Assembly (NCBI GenBank): GCA_038870975.1
Contig: JAVZJD010000002.1
Location: 512,001 to 576,000, forward strand
DNA: 64,000 nt
Direction of reading: 5' to 3'
Source of the DNA: Candidatus Bathyarchaeia archaeon
GTDB lineage: Archaea; Thermoproteota; CALKCG01; B24
Part shown: positions 28,231 through 38,769 of the stretch, in pieces
Layout: every line of letters begins with the position of its first letter
How positions within the stretch are numbered: the stretch's first letter is position 1
The notes under the pieces: model-generated
What the model saw: only the letters and a program-made list of their open reading frames with translations
The model's database searches: none
What the model was told of the DNA's origin: nothing
Made by a program: the position numbers and the translations under genes

Positions 28231-29898
28231 TTACTCTTTGTAGATGAGATAGTATCTGAGGAGCATGGTCGGGTCTAGAATTACTCCCCTTACGTTGGGC
28301 CAAAAGACTATGTGTAATATGCCTTGAAATAGCGGAATTACTGGGGCTTCCTTAGCCATAAGCTTCTGAATCTCTACGTAGAGCATAGCTCTCTCTTCAA
28401 TATCTATTCTAATACTTGCTTCATCTAGAAGCACGTCCATCTCGGGGTTGCTATAAAATACACCCATGTCAGGAGACCACTCGGAGTGTAAGAATATCGT
28501 CGTATAGTCGTCTGGGTCGATGTAATCTGGATACCATCCTAGAAGGAATATAGGCATAACACCCGCAGAAATATACTCGGCTGCATAGGTAGCCCATTCA
28601 GCACTCCTCAACGTAACTTTCATCATACCAGTTTCCTCAAGACTTTCTTTTATCACAGCAGCTACGTCTGCTTCTAAATCTCCATAATGCGTAGGTGTAT
28701 ACCATAGTTCAAATTCGAAGGGTTTCGTCTCACTATAACCAGCTTCCTGTAGTAAACTTCTAGCAAGCTCCAGATTTCTTTCACCATACTCTTCTTTAAA
28801 AGCATCTATATGACTCCACATACCTGCTGGAATCATACTGTATAGCGGTTGGACAGTACCCTTGTAAACCTCTTCAACGATTCTCCGTCTATCGATAGCC
28901 GCAGCTACGGCTCTCCTTAGACGGACGTCATTAAACGGTGCATCTTTGCATCTTAAGACCAAGTACCTGATGTAGGGTCCAGGTACTTCCTCCACTGTTA
29001 AAACTCCCCTGCTCTTAAGGTCTTGAATATCCATGGGTCTTAGAGTCCTCCAAGCTATATCTACTTCACCCATTTCCACCGCCAATCTTAGGGAGGCAGC
29101 ATCTTTATAGAATTTGACAATGAATGTAGAAGTCTTCGGTGGTGGACCATAGTAGTCTGGGTTTGATTCCAATATTAACTCTACGTCTCTAACCCAGCTC
29201 TTGATCCTGTACGGTCCATAGTGGCCTACTGTGGGTTCTGCGACAGCATCTGGTGGGTAGGATTTGGGGCTTACTGGAAAGTATGGAGGAGTTGCCACTA
29301 GAGCTGGGAAGTAGGAGACTGCCTTTTTAAGTATGAATCTGACAGTATAAGTATCCACGACTTCAACTTCGTCAACAAAAGCTGAAACGAGCCATGAAGG
29401 GTCTAATCCAAGCTTCATAACCCTCTCTATAGAGTATTTAACAGCTGAAGCGTCTAAGTCAGCGCCATCTGTAAATTTTAATCCCTTTCTAAGCTTAAAT
29501 GTATAGATTTTTCCATCGGGGCTTACATCGTAAGATTCAGCTATTCCAAGCTCTAGTTCAGTCGTTCCCGGCTTGTATTTGAGCAAACCCTCGCATATGT
29601 TATTGAAGACTTCCCACGTATAGAAATCGTAGGCTTTGGCGGGATCTAATACCGTAATCTTATCAGTAGTACCCATGATTATTGGTTTAGGCTTCACGAC
29701 CTCCTCTAAGGCTTTAATCCGTTCGCCAAGAGTGCTCGCAAGCTCCTCCATGGAGGCTCTTATACTTTCCTCAGCAGATTTTATCTCTGATAGAGTAGTT
29801 GAAAGGGTTGCGATGTAACTTAAAGTAGCGATAGAGACTATTAGAGTAAGAAGCATCAATACTATTAGGATCTTTTCAAGTGTTGTAGCAGATGGCAT
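28231..29898 (-). CDS. ABC transporter family-5 substrate-binding protein (DppA/OppA-like) with N-terminal TM anchor and coiled-coil stalk
   Basis: LDPA, YTFKLRKGLKFTDG, GPYRI, WYPDYIDPD. Confidence 0.92.
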   Translation of the reverse strand: MPSATTLEKILIVLMLLTLIVSIATLSYIATLSTTLSEIKSAEESIRASMEELASTLGERIKALEEVVKPKPIIMGTTDKITVLDPAKAYDFYTWEVFNNICEGLLKYKPGTTELELGIAESYDVSPDGKIYTFKLRKGLKFTDGADLDASAVKYSIERVMKLGLDPSWLVSAFVDEVEVVDTYTVRFILKKAVSYFPALVATPPYFPVSPKSYPPDAVAEPTVGHYGPYRIKSWVRDVELILESNPDYYGPPPKTSTFIVKFYKDAASLRLAVEMGEVDIAWRTLRPMDIQDLKSRGVLTVEEVPGPYIRYLVLRCKDAPFNDVRLRRAVAAAIDRRRIVEEVYKGTVQPLYSMIPAGMWSHIDAFKEEYGERNLELARSLLQEAGYSETKPFEFELWYTPTHYGDLEADVAAVIKESLEETGMMKVTLRSAEWATYAAEYISAGVMPIFLLGWYPDYIDPDDYTTIFLHSEWSPDMGVFYSNPEMDVLLDEASIRIDIEERAMLYVEIQKLMAKEAPVIPLFQGILHIVFWPNVRGVILDPTMLLRYYLIYKE

Positions 29899-30043
29899 AA
29901 AAATCTTCCCCGTTTTTGAATATTTTTCTTTAAAAGATTTAAATTTTATTCTTCAGAGATTTAAACATTTTAATCAAAACTTAAACGTACCCTTAGAATA
30001 AACCATAGAAAAGTTCAGTGATAAAGTAGGTTTTTACGTTAAA

Positions 30044-30883
30044 CTACATGGATACTGCGACGCTCAGAAGTATCAAAATAGCTCCCAAAGCCTCTATCAA
30101 GTTGAGTGTTTCTTGGAGTATGAAGAATGCGAATATCGATGCAAAAACTGGTTCAAGTAGAAGTATTACACCTGTGAACTCTGGAGGGACTACTTTTTGA
30201 GACCAAGCTTGAATATAAAATGCGAAGGCCGTAGCGACAACACCCGTATACATCACTGCTATTACTGTACTATTCTCGGGTTTTATCCAATTTTCCCCGA
30301 TGAATATGGAGAACAACGCTGAGAGTATTAACACTGAAATAGATTCAGAGTATGCGAGCCCCAATGCGTCCGATTTTTCAGACAATCTACCTACTAAGAG
30401 TATTTGTAACGCCCATAGAAAGGCGCATATAAATGTCAGCAAGTCGCCGATTGAAGAAGAAGTCATCTTATAGGCTCCTGTTAATAAAGCTAATCCCACC
30501 ATGCCTAAGGCTATACTGAAAATAGCCTTTAAACTAGGCTTTTTACGGAAAAGTAGCAAGCCCAACAGGGGGATAAGCGGAGTATTTAAACTCGTTATGA
30601 AGGCTGAGTTTATAGCACTCGTATATTTTATTCCGAAGACTTGAAATAGGAAGCCTAGAAATACTACAACCCCAAGGCCTAAACCCTCTAGATTAGGGTA
30701 TAGTCTTCTTCTCGTCAACAATAAAATCGGTGTAAATATTAGCAAAGCGACTGCAAATCTTAAGAACAGGAAGAAGAAGACGTCTAAACCTGATACGGCA
30801 ATCTTCATAGCTGGAAAAGTTCCACCCCATGAAGCTGCAAGTAAGATTAAGGCAAGTCTTCCCTTTAACTCTCTCCTCCTCAA
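30044..30883 (-). CDS. DMT/EamA family transporter
   Basis: WGGTF, RFAVA, GDLL, LEPVFA; about 10 TM helices. Confidence 0.9.
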   Translation of the reverse strand: MRRRELKGRLALILLAASWGGTFPAMKIAVSGLDVFFFLFLRFAVALLIFTPILLLTRRRLYPNLEGLGLGVVVFLGFLFQVFGIKYTSAINSAFITSLNTPLIPLLGLLLFRKKPSLKAIFSIALGMVGLALLTGAYKMTSSSIGDLLTFICAFLWALQILLVGRLSEKSDALGLAYSESISVLILSALFSIFIGENWIKPENSTVIAVMYTGVVATAFAFYIQAWSQKVVPPEFTGVILLLEPVFASIFAFFILQETLNLIEALGAILILLSVAVSM

Positions 30884-31105
30884 CTGGTAAAACTCCTATT
30901 TCACGATGACTTAAAACCTTTTCAATGCTGATTGAGCTCTATACAAATTGCAACACGTTAAGGGTTTATATTTGATGCTTCATGGGCTCTTCCATTAATA
31001 CGTTGGAAATGATGAATTTACATAACCAAGGTGTAAATGATTTTCGCCATTTCAACATAAAGCCTAAAACTATATTTAAGTAGCTTGTGAAAAAATATTC
31101 TGGGT

Positions 31106-32368
31106 GTGATGGTGGATAAGCTTAGAGTGGGATTTATAGGTTCTGGTTTCGCTACTAGATTTCACATATTGGGTTGGGTGGGTGTTAGAAACGCCGAAAT
31201 CACAGCCATATATAACATTAGAGAAAGAAGTGCCCGTGAGCTTGCATCTTTAGCTGAAAATCTTGGCGTAGGTAAACCGAAAGTCTACACGGATATTTTT
31301 GAAATGCTCTCCAGTAAATCTGTGGATGCCGTTTGGATAGCTAATCCAAATTTCGCAAGGTTGGATGTTGTTAAATCAATAGTTGAAGAAGTTAAACAGG
31401 GTAGAAGCGATTTAATAGGTGTCTGCTGTGAAAAACCTTTAGCTAGAAACGTGGATGAGGCTGAAGCCCTTGTAAAAATGATTGAAGAGGTGGGCCTTCT
31501 CCACGGGTATCTTGAAAACCAGGTTTTCATGCCTTCCGTGGTTAAAGGTAGAGACATACTATGGAGATATGGCGCTAGGTATACGAAGAGACCCTACTTA
31601 GCTAGAGCCGCTGAAGAACATGGTGGGCCGCATTCATCTTGGTTTTGGAATGCTAGACTTTCCGGTGGAGGAGTTATGCTAGACATGATGTGCCACAGCT
31701 TAGAAGCCGCTAGATTCCTACTGAGCAATCCAGAGGATTCTAAAAGCTCTTTAAAACCTAAAACAGTTTACGCTGAGATAGCTTCACTTAAATGGGCTCA
31801 GGAGCCTTACGTCTCAACGCTTAGAGATAGATTTAGAGGAGAGGTAGATTATTCGAAGGAACCTGCTGAAGACTACGCTTTGGCAATTGTAACATATGAA
31901 GCGGAGGACGGCAGTCTAATAGTATCGGAAACTAGAACCTCTTGGAGTTTCACAGGACCAGCTCTTAGATTAAGCTTCGAAGTTTTAGGTCCAGAATACT
32001 CCATGACTATTAACACTTTACAGCCTGAACTCTTCATGTTCTTCAGCCGGAATGTGAAAATACCGCCTACTGAGGAATTTGTTGAGAAACAGGTTGCTGA
32101 GCAGGGTTTAATTCCAACCATTCCCAATGAGGCTTTCACATATGGATATATGGATGAGGACCGCTACATGGTGGACTGCTTCATCAATGGGAGGAGGCCT
32201 AGGGAGGACTGGACGGATGGATTATTGATAGTTCAATTGATGATGGCGTGTTATATGTCTGCAGAGCAGGGTAAAAAAGTGAAGTTTAACCCTGAAGTTT
32301 TAAGAGGATTCATACCAGCGGTTGCAAAAGGACTTTGGAAGCCTAAGACTCTGGCTGAGGCTCCGTAA
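31106..32368 (+). CDS. Gfo/Idh/MocA family oxidoreductase (sugar/inositol dehydrogenase-like)
   Basis: GFIGSG, CEKPLA, GGGVMLDMMCH. Confidence 0.88.
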   Translation: MMVDKLRVGFIGSGFATRFHILGWVGVRNAEITAIYNIRERSARELASLAENLGVGKPKVYTDIFEMLSSKSVDAVWIANPNFARLDVVKSIVEEVKQGRSDLIGVCCEKPLARNVDEAEALVKMIEEVGLLHGYLENQVFMPSVVKGRDILWRYGARYTKRPYLARAAEEHGGPHSSWFWNARLSGGGVMLDMMCHSLEAARFLLSNPEDSKSSLKPKTVYAEIASLKWAQEPYVSTLRDRFRGEVDYSKEPAEDYALAIVTYEAEDGSLIVSETRTSWSFTGPALRLSFEVLGPEYSMTINTLQPELFMFFSRNVKIPPTEEFVEKQVAEQGLIPTIPNEAFTYGYMDEDRYMVDCFINGRRPREDWTDGLLIVQLMMACYMSAEQGKKVKFNPEVLRGFIPAVAKGLWKPKTLAEAP

Positions 32369-32549
32369 CTTCTTCGACAGAAATTATTTCTATCTCCGTC
32401 CTTTTCAATTTATGACGACTCCCAAATTCAGAGTATATCTTTTCAACTGCATGCTCTGGCTTTAAGGCTCTAACTTCTTTAACAAACCTCGATTTTTGAA
32501 AACCCATTGAAAATCTTCCTACTACGCGGAAGACTTTAACTTCAGCCAT
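32343..32549 (-). CDS. rpl18a: 50S ribosomal protein eL20 (L18a/LX)
   Basis: MAEVKVFRVVG...FVKEVRALKPEHAVEKIYSEFGSRHKLKR. ATG 32549 follows a GGGTGA Shine-Dalgarno. Confidence 0.93.
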   Translation of the reverse strand: MAEVKVFRVVGRFSMGFQKSRFVKEVRALKPEHAVEKIYSEFGSRHKLKRTEIEIISVEEVTEPQPES

Positions 32550-32639
32550 AGGATCACCCGTGTTTAATGTATGCAATACTGTCCTATGGATGCTGGAGAT
32601 ATTAAATCTATTAACGTTAGCTTAAAGTTTTCTACATAC

Positions 32640-33357
32640 CGTATTAAGGATTCCTATGCCGGAAAAATGGTAATGGAATAACTTGCGAATTAATGAACTG
32701 ATGAAGAATTCTCTGACTTGGAATAACTATCAGAAGAACTTAAGATTTTTTCCATTCCATAAACGTGTTAAAGCAACATCCAGACTATGACAAACCCACA
32801 GTAGTAGAATTAAATAAAAATTACCCGTACTACTACGTGGAGTATAGGGTCTGTTTCTTCCTTCTTAACCTATGGATTTTATTTAAAACACTTTCACACG
32901 TGACTGGAATAAGAATTAAGCCATAAAGAGATTTAGTATATTTTAATGGCCATGATGTAAGTACTTCGAAGAAGTTACACCTATTTGAACTTTAAACATG
33001 ATTTAGGGATTGCTTTTTCCTATTCTCTTCCAAACAACGTTAATCCATATTTCTTACAGCATCTAAGCTTAATAATCCGAGATTAAAGGAAAATAACACT
33101 CCATCTGCTCAGGCATTAAAAGCCGACTATGGAGCATCATAAGACAAAGGAGGTATCATACATGTTAAGGAAATGCTTAGGCATGAAAACGTCCAGAACA
33201 TCATGATCTACAATAACGTATTGAAAATGTCTTATTCCAACAGCCTAACGACGAATTCCACTATAAAACGGCTTCAACGATAGAAGCCTCCAAACTTATA
33301 GAGACGGGATTTGAGTATGTAATGACTTCCAACAAGATGCCTAGGGGACGTAAGTAA
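32640..33357 (+). pseudogene. Degraded tyrosine recombinase/integrase relic (only the C-terminal part, from ~33055, is clearly readable)
   Basis: Across frameshifts and stops it reads ASKLNNPRL / ITLHLLRH*KPTMEHHKTK / HVKEMLRHENVQNIMIY / DEFHYKTASTIEASKLIETGFEYV..RK*. This contains HxxR, the second His and the catalytic Tyr box. The left boundary is approximate. Confidence 0.8.
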
Positions 33358-33366
33358 AGCATTCAC

Positions 33367-34029
33367 TTACAGTGAAAAACATCTGCTTATAGCCATAAGT
33401 TCACTACCTGAAGTTCCTCTCCCCACGACCCCGCCCTTTTGATTTACGATTAAACCTAGTTTCACATAGGGTATCCCATTCATCACTGTTCCAGTATGAA
33501 CAGGTACGTCTAGAAAGTCTTCTATCAGGAGGGTTTCGTCTTGTCTTATTTTTGGATGGGCGTAAACGGCTCTATTTGAAGCTACTGCTGAAGAACCGAC
33601 ATAGGGTAGATTAGCTATCGTTGAGCGTTTAACTTTGACGCTTAAAACCTCTTCAATGACACGGATCACCTCTTCAGGCATCTGAGGGTCTACTATTGCG
33701 GCTTTATCATTCGCCAAAGTTCTATTGCCTAGAGATATGAAGGTTTGTATGGAGGCGGCTTTAACGCCAAGCCTTTCACGTATCAGCTCAGCCTCATGCT
33801 CACAACCGAAGGGTAATACTACTCCATTAGAGTTTGCTGCTGATAAAGCACCTAGAAGTTTAGACCCTCTAATCCTTAGACTTAGGGCTTTATCTACTTT
33901 AAAACATCTCTTGAGAAACTCCACTTTGTTTTCACTCATACCACTTGGGACAAGTAGAAACTCATCTGTAGCTATTATAAAGAGACCTATGTTTGGATTA
34001 CCTAAATACTGAAAGTATTGGAGAGACAC
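33367..34029 (-). CDS. eif6: Translation initiation factor 6 (aIF6)
   Basis: GNPNIG, ANSNG, GNRTLANDK, GTVMNGIPYV, TSGSEL. Confidence 0.93.
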   Translation of the reverse strand: MSLQYFQYLGNPNIGLFIIATDEFLLVPSGMSENKVEFLKRCFKVDKALSLRIRGSKLLGALSAANSNGVVLPFGCEHEAELIRERLGVKAASIQTFISLGNRTLANDKAAIVDPQMPEEVIRVIEEVLSVKVKRSTIANLPYVGSSAVASNRAVYAHPKIRQDETLLIEDFLDVPVHTGTVMNGIPYVKLGLIVNQKGGVVGRGTSGSELMAISRCFSL

Positions 34030-34110
34030 ATAACTATTCTTGGATAGTTCAATTATTAAAACGTTAAATCTACGTTTACGGAAAATAGGGAGCGTGTTTG
34101 TACGTTAAAT

Positions 34111-34377
34111 TTAGCCAGCTGATTTAAGAATATAGTTATCTTCTTTTTTCTCAACTTTTACCTTGATAGTCCTAGGTGGTTTTTTCAAACCTCTAGACCA
34201 TATTAGTGCATTTAAGCTTTCATCAATCTTTATGCTATCTATGCTTGTCTTAAGATGTCTAGCAGCTTGTTCTCTAAGGAGCCTTATAGCTTTAGATGTT
34301 CGAGCATACCCTGAATAGTCCCAGACTCTCCTAAGATTTATGGAGATTACCCTCTCTTCAGAAGCGGATCCACTCAA
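34111..34377 (-). CDS. rpl31e: 50S ribosomal protein eL31
   Basis: INLRR, LNALIWSRGLKKPP. Confidence 0.93.
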   Translation of the reverse strand: MSGSASEERVISINLRRVWDYSGYARTSKAIRLLREQAARHLKTSIDSIKIDESLNALIWSRGLKKPPRTIKVKVEKKEDNYILKSAG

Positions 34378-34391
34378 ATAATATACCTCCG

Positions 34392-34547
34392 TTAAAGTTT
34401 AAGTTTAACTACCCTCCAATTCCTCCGCTTAGGACTTGTACGAACCCTGCCTTTGGTTCTGAGGTAAACCCACGGTGGAACTGGTCTGTTTTGTTTTAAA
34501 GCTCTACCAAGTCTCCTCTTTTTACCAGCAGGTTTATGAGTTGCCAA
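34392..34547 (-). CDS. rpl39e: 50S ribosomal protein eL39 (51 aa)
   Basis: Below the track cutoff. Manual translation from TTG: MATHKPAGKKRRLGRALKQNRPVPPWVYLRTKGRVRTSPKRRNWRVVKLKL. Confidence 0.95.
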   Translation of the reverse strand: MATHKPAGKKRRLGRALKQNRPVPPWVYLRTKGRVRTSPKRRNWRVVKLKL

Positions 34548-34549
34548 CT

Positions 34550-34888
34550 TTAAATCCTCCTAATTCTTATCTCCCTCCTCTGAGAATCTTGAAGTTTAAT
34601 TAATATACGTTTAAGCATTTCATCCGTTATGGGTGGTTCTATGCGTCCAGATTGAACCGCTTGTATAAGCTCATTTTCCAATCTTTCAACAAAGTCAGGT
34701 TTAACAATTTTAAGATTTGACAGTCTCTGCCTAGCGTCAGGGGTGAGAATAGTTCTTAACACGGCTTGTTTTTCAGCTTCATACCTCTTCTTAGCTTCAG
34801 TAATTCTACGTTCTTCTTCAAGCTTCTTCTGAAGCTCTAAAAGTTTTCTACGTTTAAGTTCTTCAAGTTCAAGGTCTTCAGCCACCAT
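34550..34888 (-). CDS. PDCD5-like DNA-binding protein
   Basis: ELEELKRRKL, LTPDARQRLSNL, RREIRIRR; canonical position after eS19. Confidence 0.92.
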   Translation of the reverse strand: MVAEDLELEELKRRKLLELQKKLEEERRITEAKKRYEAEKQAVLRTILTPDARQRLSNLKIVKPDFVERLENELIQAVQSGRIEPPITDEMLKRILIKLQDSQRREIRIRRI

Positions 34889-34900
34889 TTTCCACCTCCC

Positions 34901-35350
34901 TCAGGCTGAGGAGGCTACACCACCCCTATACCTTTTCACTATGTCTGTAGCTAAAGAATCAAGAAAACTTACAGCTTTAGATGTGAGATGCCTCCCCTTC
35001 CTATCAACCTTATGAACTAAGCCAGATTTCTCAAGTTGTTGTAGAATCTTCCTTATATGGTTACGACCAGCTTTCCTAAAATGGGGAGGCCTACGCCTCC
35101 CCCTCTTTCTACCCCCATATTCCGTAGCAAGCCGAGAAACCCCTAGAGGCCCTTTAATATACAGTTTACGAAGAATGGAGGCTGCTCTGACATACCACCA
35201 GTCTGAATCTACGGGAACCCTCTCTTTAAAGCAACCTGTTTTAACAAACATAGCCCATGGTGGAGGGATTACCTCAGGAAAGTTTTCTTTAAGTTCCTCA
35301 GCTAGTCTTTTAATCAATACGTCAGCCGGTACATCGTAAACCGTCACCAA
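34901..35350 (-). CDS. rps19e: 30S ribosomal protein eS19
   Basis: TVYDVP, WWYVRAASILRK, YGGRK, LQQLE. Confidence 0.96.
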   Translation of the reverse strand: MVTVYDVPADVLIKRLAEELKENFPEVIPPPWAMFVKTGCFKERVPVDSDWWYVRAASILRKLYIKGPLGVSRLATEYGGRKRGRRRPPHFRKAGRNHIRKILQQLEKSGLVHKVDRKGRHLTSKAVSFLDSLATDIVKRYRGGVASSA

Positions 35351-35422
35351 TAATTACACCTCTGAGTGAAGCTAAATTAGACTGTTGTTTTTCAGGGAGA
35401 AAAGATAATCACATGGTTTAAT

Positions 35423-36346
35423 TTAAACCTTTATTAAACTTTTAACCTCATCCCATGCTTGTTTAAGTACTTCAACCCCTTTATGAAATAGTGAAACTTC
35501 CTCCTCGTTTAAATCCCATTCAACTATCTCATCGACTTCGAGAACACCTGGTTTAAATGGAACACCTATACTTAATCCTTCTACTCCATACTCTCCATCC
35601 AATACTAGAGACGCTAAGCTCAGAGAGCTCCCACCTCTAAGCAGAGCTTCTATTAAGGCTACCGTATGACTTGCAGGAGCATATACGGTTGCACCCTTCT
35701 TAGAAATTACGTCTAAAGCGGCACCTCTAAGCTCTTCGGAGATGCTACTCCTCTCTTCGGCAGATAATGCTACTGGTTTACTCATGACCTTAAGTTTACT
35801 GAATAGTGGAACTTGATTGTTTCCATGCTCACCTATCACGTATCCTTCAATACAACTAGGTTTAACACCGAACCGTCTAGATACTATCAGTCTAAACCTA
35901 GCCGAATCCAATAGGCTTGAACTCCCTAAAACTTTAAACCTATCCAATCCAATAATCTTCCAGGCTAAAAAATTCATAGTATCCACTGGGTTTGTAACAG
36001 TTACTATAAGTCCTTTAAAGCCGATTGATTTAAGCCTTTTAGCAATATCCGCTACTATATGAGCGTTTATAGATAATAGTTCGAGCCGACTTTTCATACT
36101 TGGCGTTCTAGGCTTACCAGCCGTTATAACGACTATATCCGAATCTGCAATATCTTCATAATCTCCAGCTTTAACCTCTACGTCGGATATGGAGGGGGAG
36201 GATTGTGCAATATCCATAGCCTGACCTTCAGCTAGAGGCTTAACCACGTCGAGTAGTACAAGCTCATCTGCGAGGTTTTTAACGGCCAATTCAAACGCTA
36301 TACAAGAGCCTAAATTACCTACACCTATAATAGCTATTTTAACCAT
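35423..36346 (-). CDS. LDH-like malate dehydrogenase
   Basis: IIGVGNLG, TAGKPR, TNPVD, LDSARF, GEHG. Likely start is ATG 36346. Confidence 0.85.
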   Translation of the reverse strand: MVKIAIIGVGNLGSCIAFELAVKNLADELVLLDVVKPLAEGQAMDIAQSSPSISDVEVKAGDYEDIADSDIVVITAGKPRTPSMKSRLELLSINAHIVADIAKRLKSIGFKGLIVTVTNPVDTMNFLAWKIIGLDRFKVLGSSSLLDSARFRLIVSRRFGVKPSCIEGYVIGEHGNNQVPLFSKLKVMSKPVALSAEERSSISEELRGAALDVISKKGATVYAPASHTVALIEALLRGGSSLSLASLVLDGEYGVEGLSIGVPFKPGVLEVDEIVEWDLNEEEVSLFHKGVEVLKQAWDEVKSLIKV

Positions 36347-36408
36347 AATGGACCAACTCCGCTTTAAAAGCCCATTCCATTCAATAGAAATAGCAACATC
36401 AACTTTAT

Positions 36409-37728
36409 TCACTTTACTGTCGTAATAGTGAATATACTTTTAGGTGGAATGTAAAAGAATATACCATGGTATGGGTAGTTTTCAGTCTTTAAATTTAACT
36501 CTCCAACTTTTACACAATTCTCCTCTTCAGTGGTTCTGTAGTAAGATAACTTTTTGCTTCCAATCCCCAAGTAACCACCTTCCACGAAGCCATTAAGGTA
36601 TAAGTGTTCATAGGAGAGGTTCATCCCAACTATGGTCAATTCTTCTCTTCCATCGTCGGTAAATGCTAAAATCCTCACTTTCTCAGAGTCTACATTGGCG
36701 TTTACTCTGAGAAAACCTGGTCTAACGAATCTATACACCTGCTTAGCCGCGTAGTATCTTTTCTTTGGAGTAAAGATTCTCCGCCCCACTCTTAATAATC
36801 CATATATGGTCCAAGCTTCATCATGATCGTGGTAATTGTCGAATGCATCCCAAAATATGGCGCCGTTGAAACCAGCATCTAAAATGTTGAAAAGCCTGTA
36901 CGTAGTTATCCATGCAACATACCACTCTATTTCTCCCGACTGGTCTAAATCACCATATTCCCCCATCCAAATGCTACAATTGCCACAGAGACTTTTTCTC
37001 ACAGTATCGACAAACTTTCTGAGAACCTCTACAGGAATGTTGGAGTACATATGCATAGATATTACACCTATTCTATCAGCTATCGCTGGATTATTTATCA
37101 GGTACTTCACGTATTCAGTATTAAAAGATGCTTGTTCAGGAACAACGAACTTAACATCTTCTAACCCCTCTCTAAAAACGTCATCTAATACAGTAATAAC
37201 CTTCGTAAAATCCCCCGGTTCCACTTTCGGACCTTCCGGAGGACCAATATCCGTCTCATTTAAAGGACCAAACAGTGAAAATCTAATACCTTCCCTATGT
37301 CTTGCCCAACTTACAAATGAACGCATCATTTCCGCGAAATAACCATACTCAATCAAAGTTTTACCATCGCTAGTCATCCAAGAAGGAACTATTCCACTAG
37401 CAGCAATATAAGGCATTATCCCCCTCTCATTTAGATACTTCATCATACCCCAGCCATTTCTAAAAATAGTATTCGTATAGATTTTCTGGTAATTTTCTCG
37501 GGTTAAGGAAGCTGTACCTAACGCATTATCGGGATCCACCCAATTGGATTTGCCGTAAACATCAACTCTGAATAGAACAGCACCAAGATCATCTATCAAT
37601 AGATCTACGATTGGCTTTAAAGCACCATTATTCCAGTATTTAGAGTTTATATTCACCCCGAAGCCATCTATCCTCTGATACGTCTTAGATAAATCTACTC
37701 TAAAAGAAACGACTTCCGAGGGCCCCAT
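36409..37728 (-). CDS. Clan GH-A glycoside hydrolase, GH30-like
   Basis: TYQRIDGFG, NE acid/base (LNET), nucleophile WMGEYG, KRYYAAKQVYRFVRPG, C-terminal beta-sandwich. No signal peptide. Confidence 0.75.
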   Translation of the reverse strand: MGPSEVVSFRVDLSKTYQRIDGFGVNINSKYWNNGALKPIVDLLIDDLGAVLFRVDVYGKSNWVDPDNALGTASLTRENYQKIYTNTIFRNGWGMMKYLNERGIMPYIAASGIVPSWMTSDGKTLIEYGYFAEMMRSFVSWARHREGIRFSLFGPLNETDIGPPEGPKVEPGDFTKVITVLDDVFREGLEDVKFVVPEQASFNTEYVKYLINNPAIADRIGVISMHMYSNIPVEVLRKFVDTVRKSLCGNCSIWMGEYGDLDQSGEIEWYVAWITTYRLFNILDAGFNGAIFWDAFDNYHDHDEAWTIYGLLRVGRRIFTPKKRYYAAKQVYRFVRPGFLRVNANVDSEKVRILAFTDDGREELTIVGMNLSYEHLYLNGFVEGGYLGIGSKKLSYYRTTEEENCVKVGELNLKTENYPYHGIFFYIPPKSIFTITTVK

Positions 37729-37917
37729 AGTAAAATCTATAAACTTTTTGCTTTTAAAGTCTTCTCGGCTTTGTAGAACGGGTTCTTTAAATCTTAAAGT
37801 TTCTTTGAAGAATTTAGCATCTTATGCTATTCTAGCTTCTAGACCACTTTAAACCTTCCATATCAATTCTATTAACATTTGAATCTGCTTTTATCCTACG
37901 GTTTAGAAGGTGGTTTT

Positions 37918-38594
37918 ATGAGTTTGGTTGGTAAGTGCATTAGGCTTGGTAGGATTTTTAACAAGAAAACTGGTAGAACCGTCGTCGTGATTATGGATCA
38001 TGGTGTTGACTTGGGGCCGTTGGAGGATTTGGAGGATCCTGGTGAGGCTCTTTCTAGGGTTTTAAGCGGCGATTTTAAGCCAGACGCCATACTTATGAAT
38101 CCCTCTATGATAAGGTTGAAGGGGAATGAAAACTCTGAGAAGATTGGACGTATTACACAGGAGTGTGAAAAGTGAGGTATGCCCTATATTGTTGAAGCGC
38201 TGCCACATGAAATAGTTGAACACCGCTTCAAGCTCAAGGCCAAGTGGAGGTGGCCTGAGCCTGAGCACGTTAAATTCGTGGATAGGGTTGCTGCGGGGCT
38301 TGGAGCAGACGTCGTAAAATCCTACTATACTGGCGATCCAGATACGTTTAAAGAGGTTGTTAAATGTTGCCCAGTCCCAATAATAGTGTTAATGTTAAGC
38401 AACTCCAGTATTGAAGACTGAAGGGGCTACTGCAGATAGTCAGAGATGTAATAGACGTAGGGGCTAAAGGTGTAATAATGGGTAGAAACGTATGGGGATA
38501 TAGAAGCCCAGTAGCCATGGTCAAAGCACTAGTAAAAATAGTACATGAAAACTATAGTGTAGAAGAAGCGTTGAAATTTCTAGCGACCACTTAA
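37918..38594 (+). pseudogene. Class I (DhnA/LsrF-type) aldolase pseudogene
   Basis: GKCIRLGRIF..MDHG, then an internal deletion, in-frame TGA at 38173 (EK*GMP), LGADVVK, a frameshift near 38420, and GVIMGRNVW...VHE to TAA 38594. Confidence 0.85.
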
Positions 38595-38741
38595 CGTGGA
38601 AATGTTCGCCTTGTAGTTCACATTTACTACTCCCTCCATCAATTTTAGAAGAATAATGGCAGGTATGAAGGGCTAAATTAACATTCAAAGTACTCGTAGC
38701 ATAATGCCTATGGAAACATGATGATGTAAAAATTTAAATGA

Positions 38742-38758
38742 TTTGAAACTGTCTCAAA
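38742..38758. promoter_or_regulatory. Imperfect palindrome just downstream of a TATA-like box; candidate operator of the GH4 gene
   Basis: TTTGAAAC-T-GTCTCAAA (7/8 matching arms) follows AAAAATTTAAAT and precedes ATG 38770. Confidence 0.4.
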
Positions 38759-38769
38759 GAATGACTTGC

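Noticed and set aside
32690-32720. Box C/D sRNA (CTGATGA...CTGA)
   Set aside because: The boxes are only ~8 nt apart with no second guide or terminal stem, and they lie within the integrase relic region.
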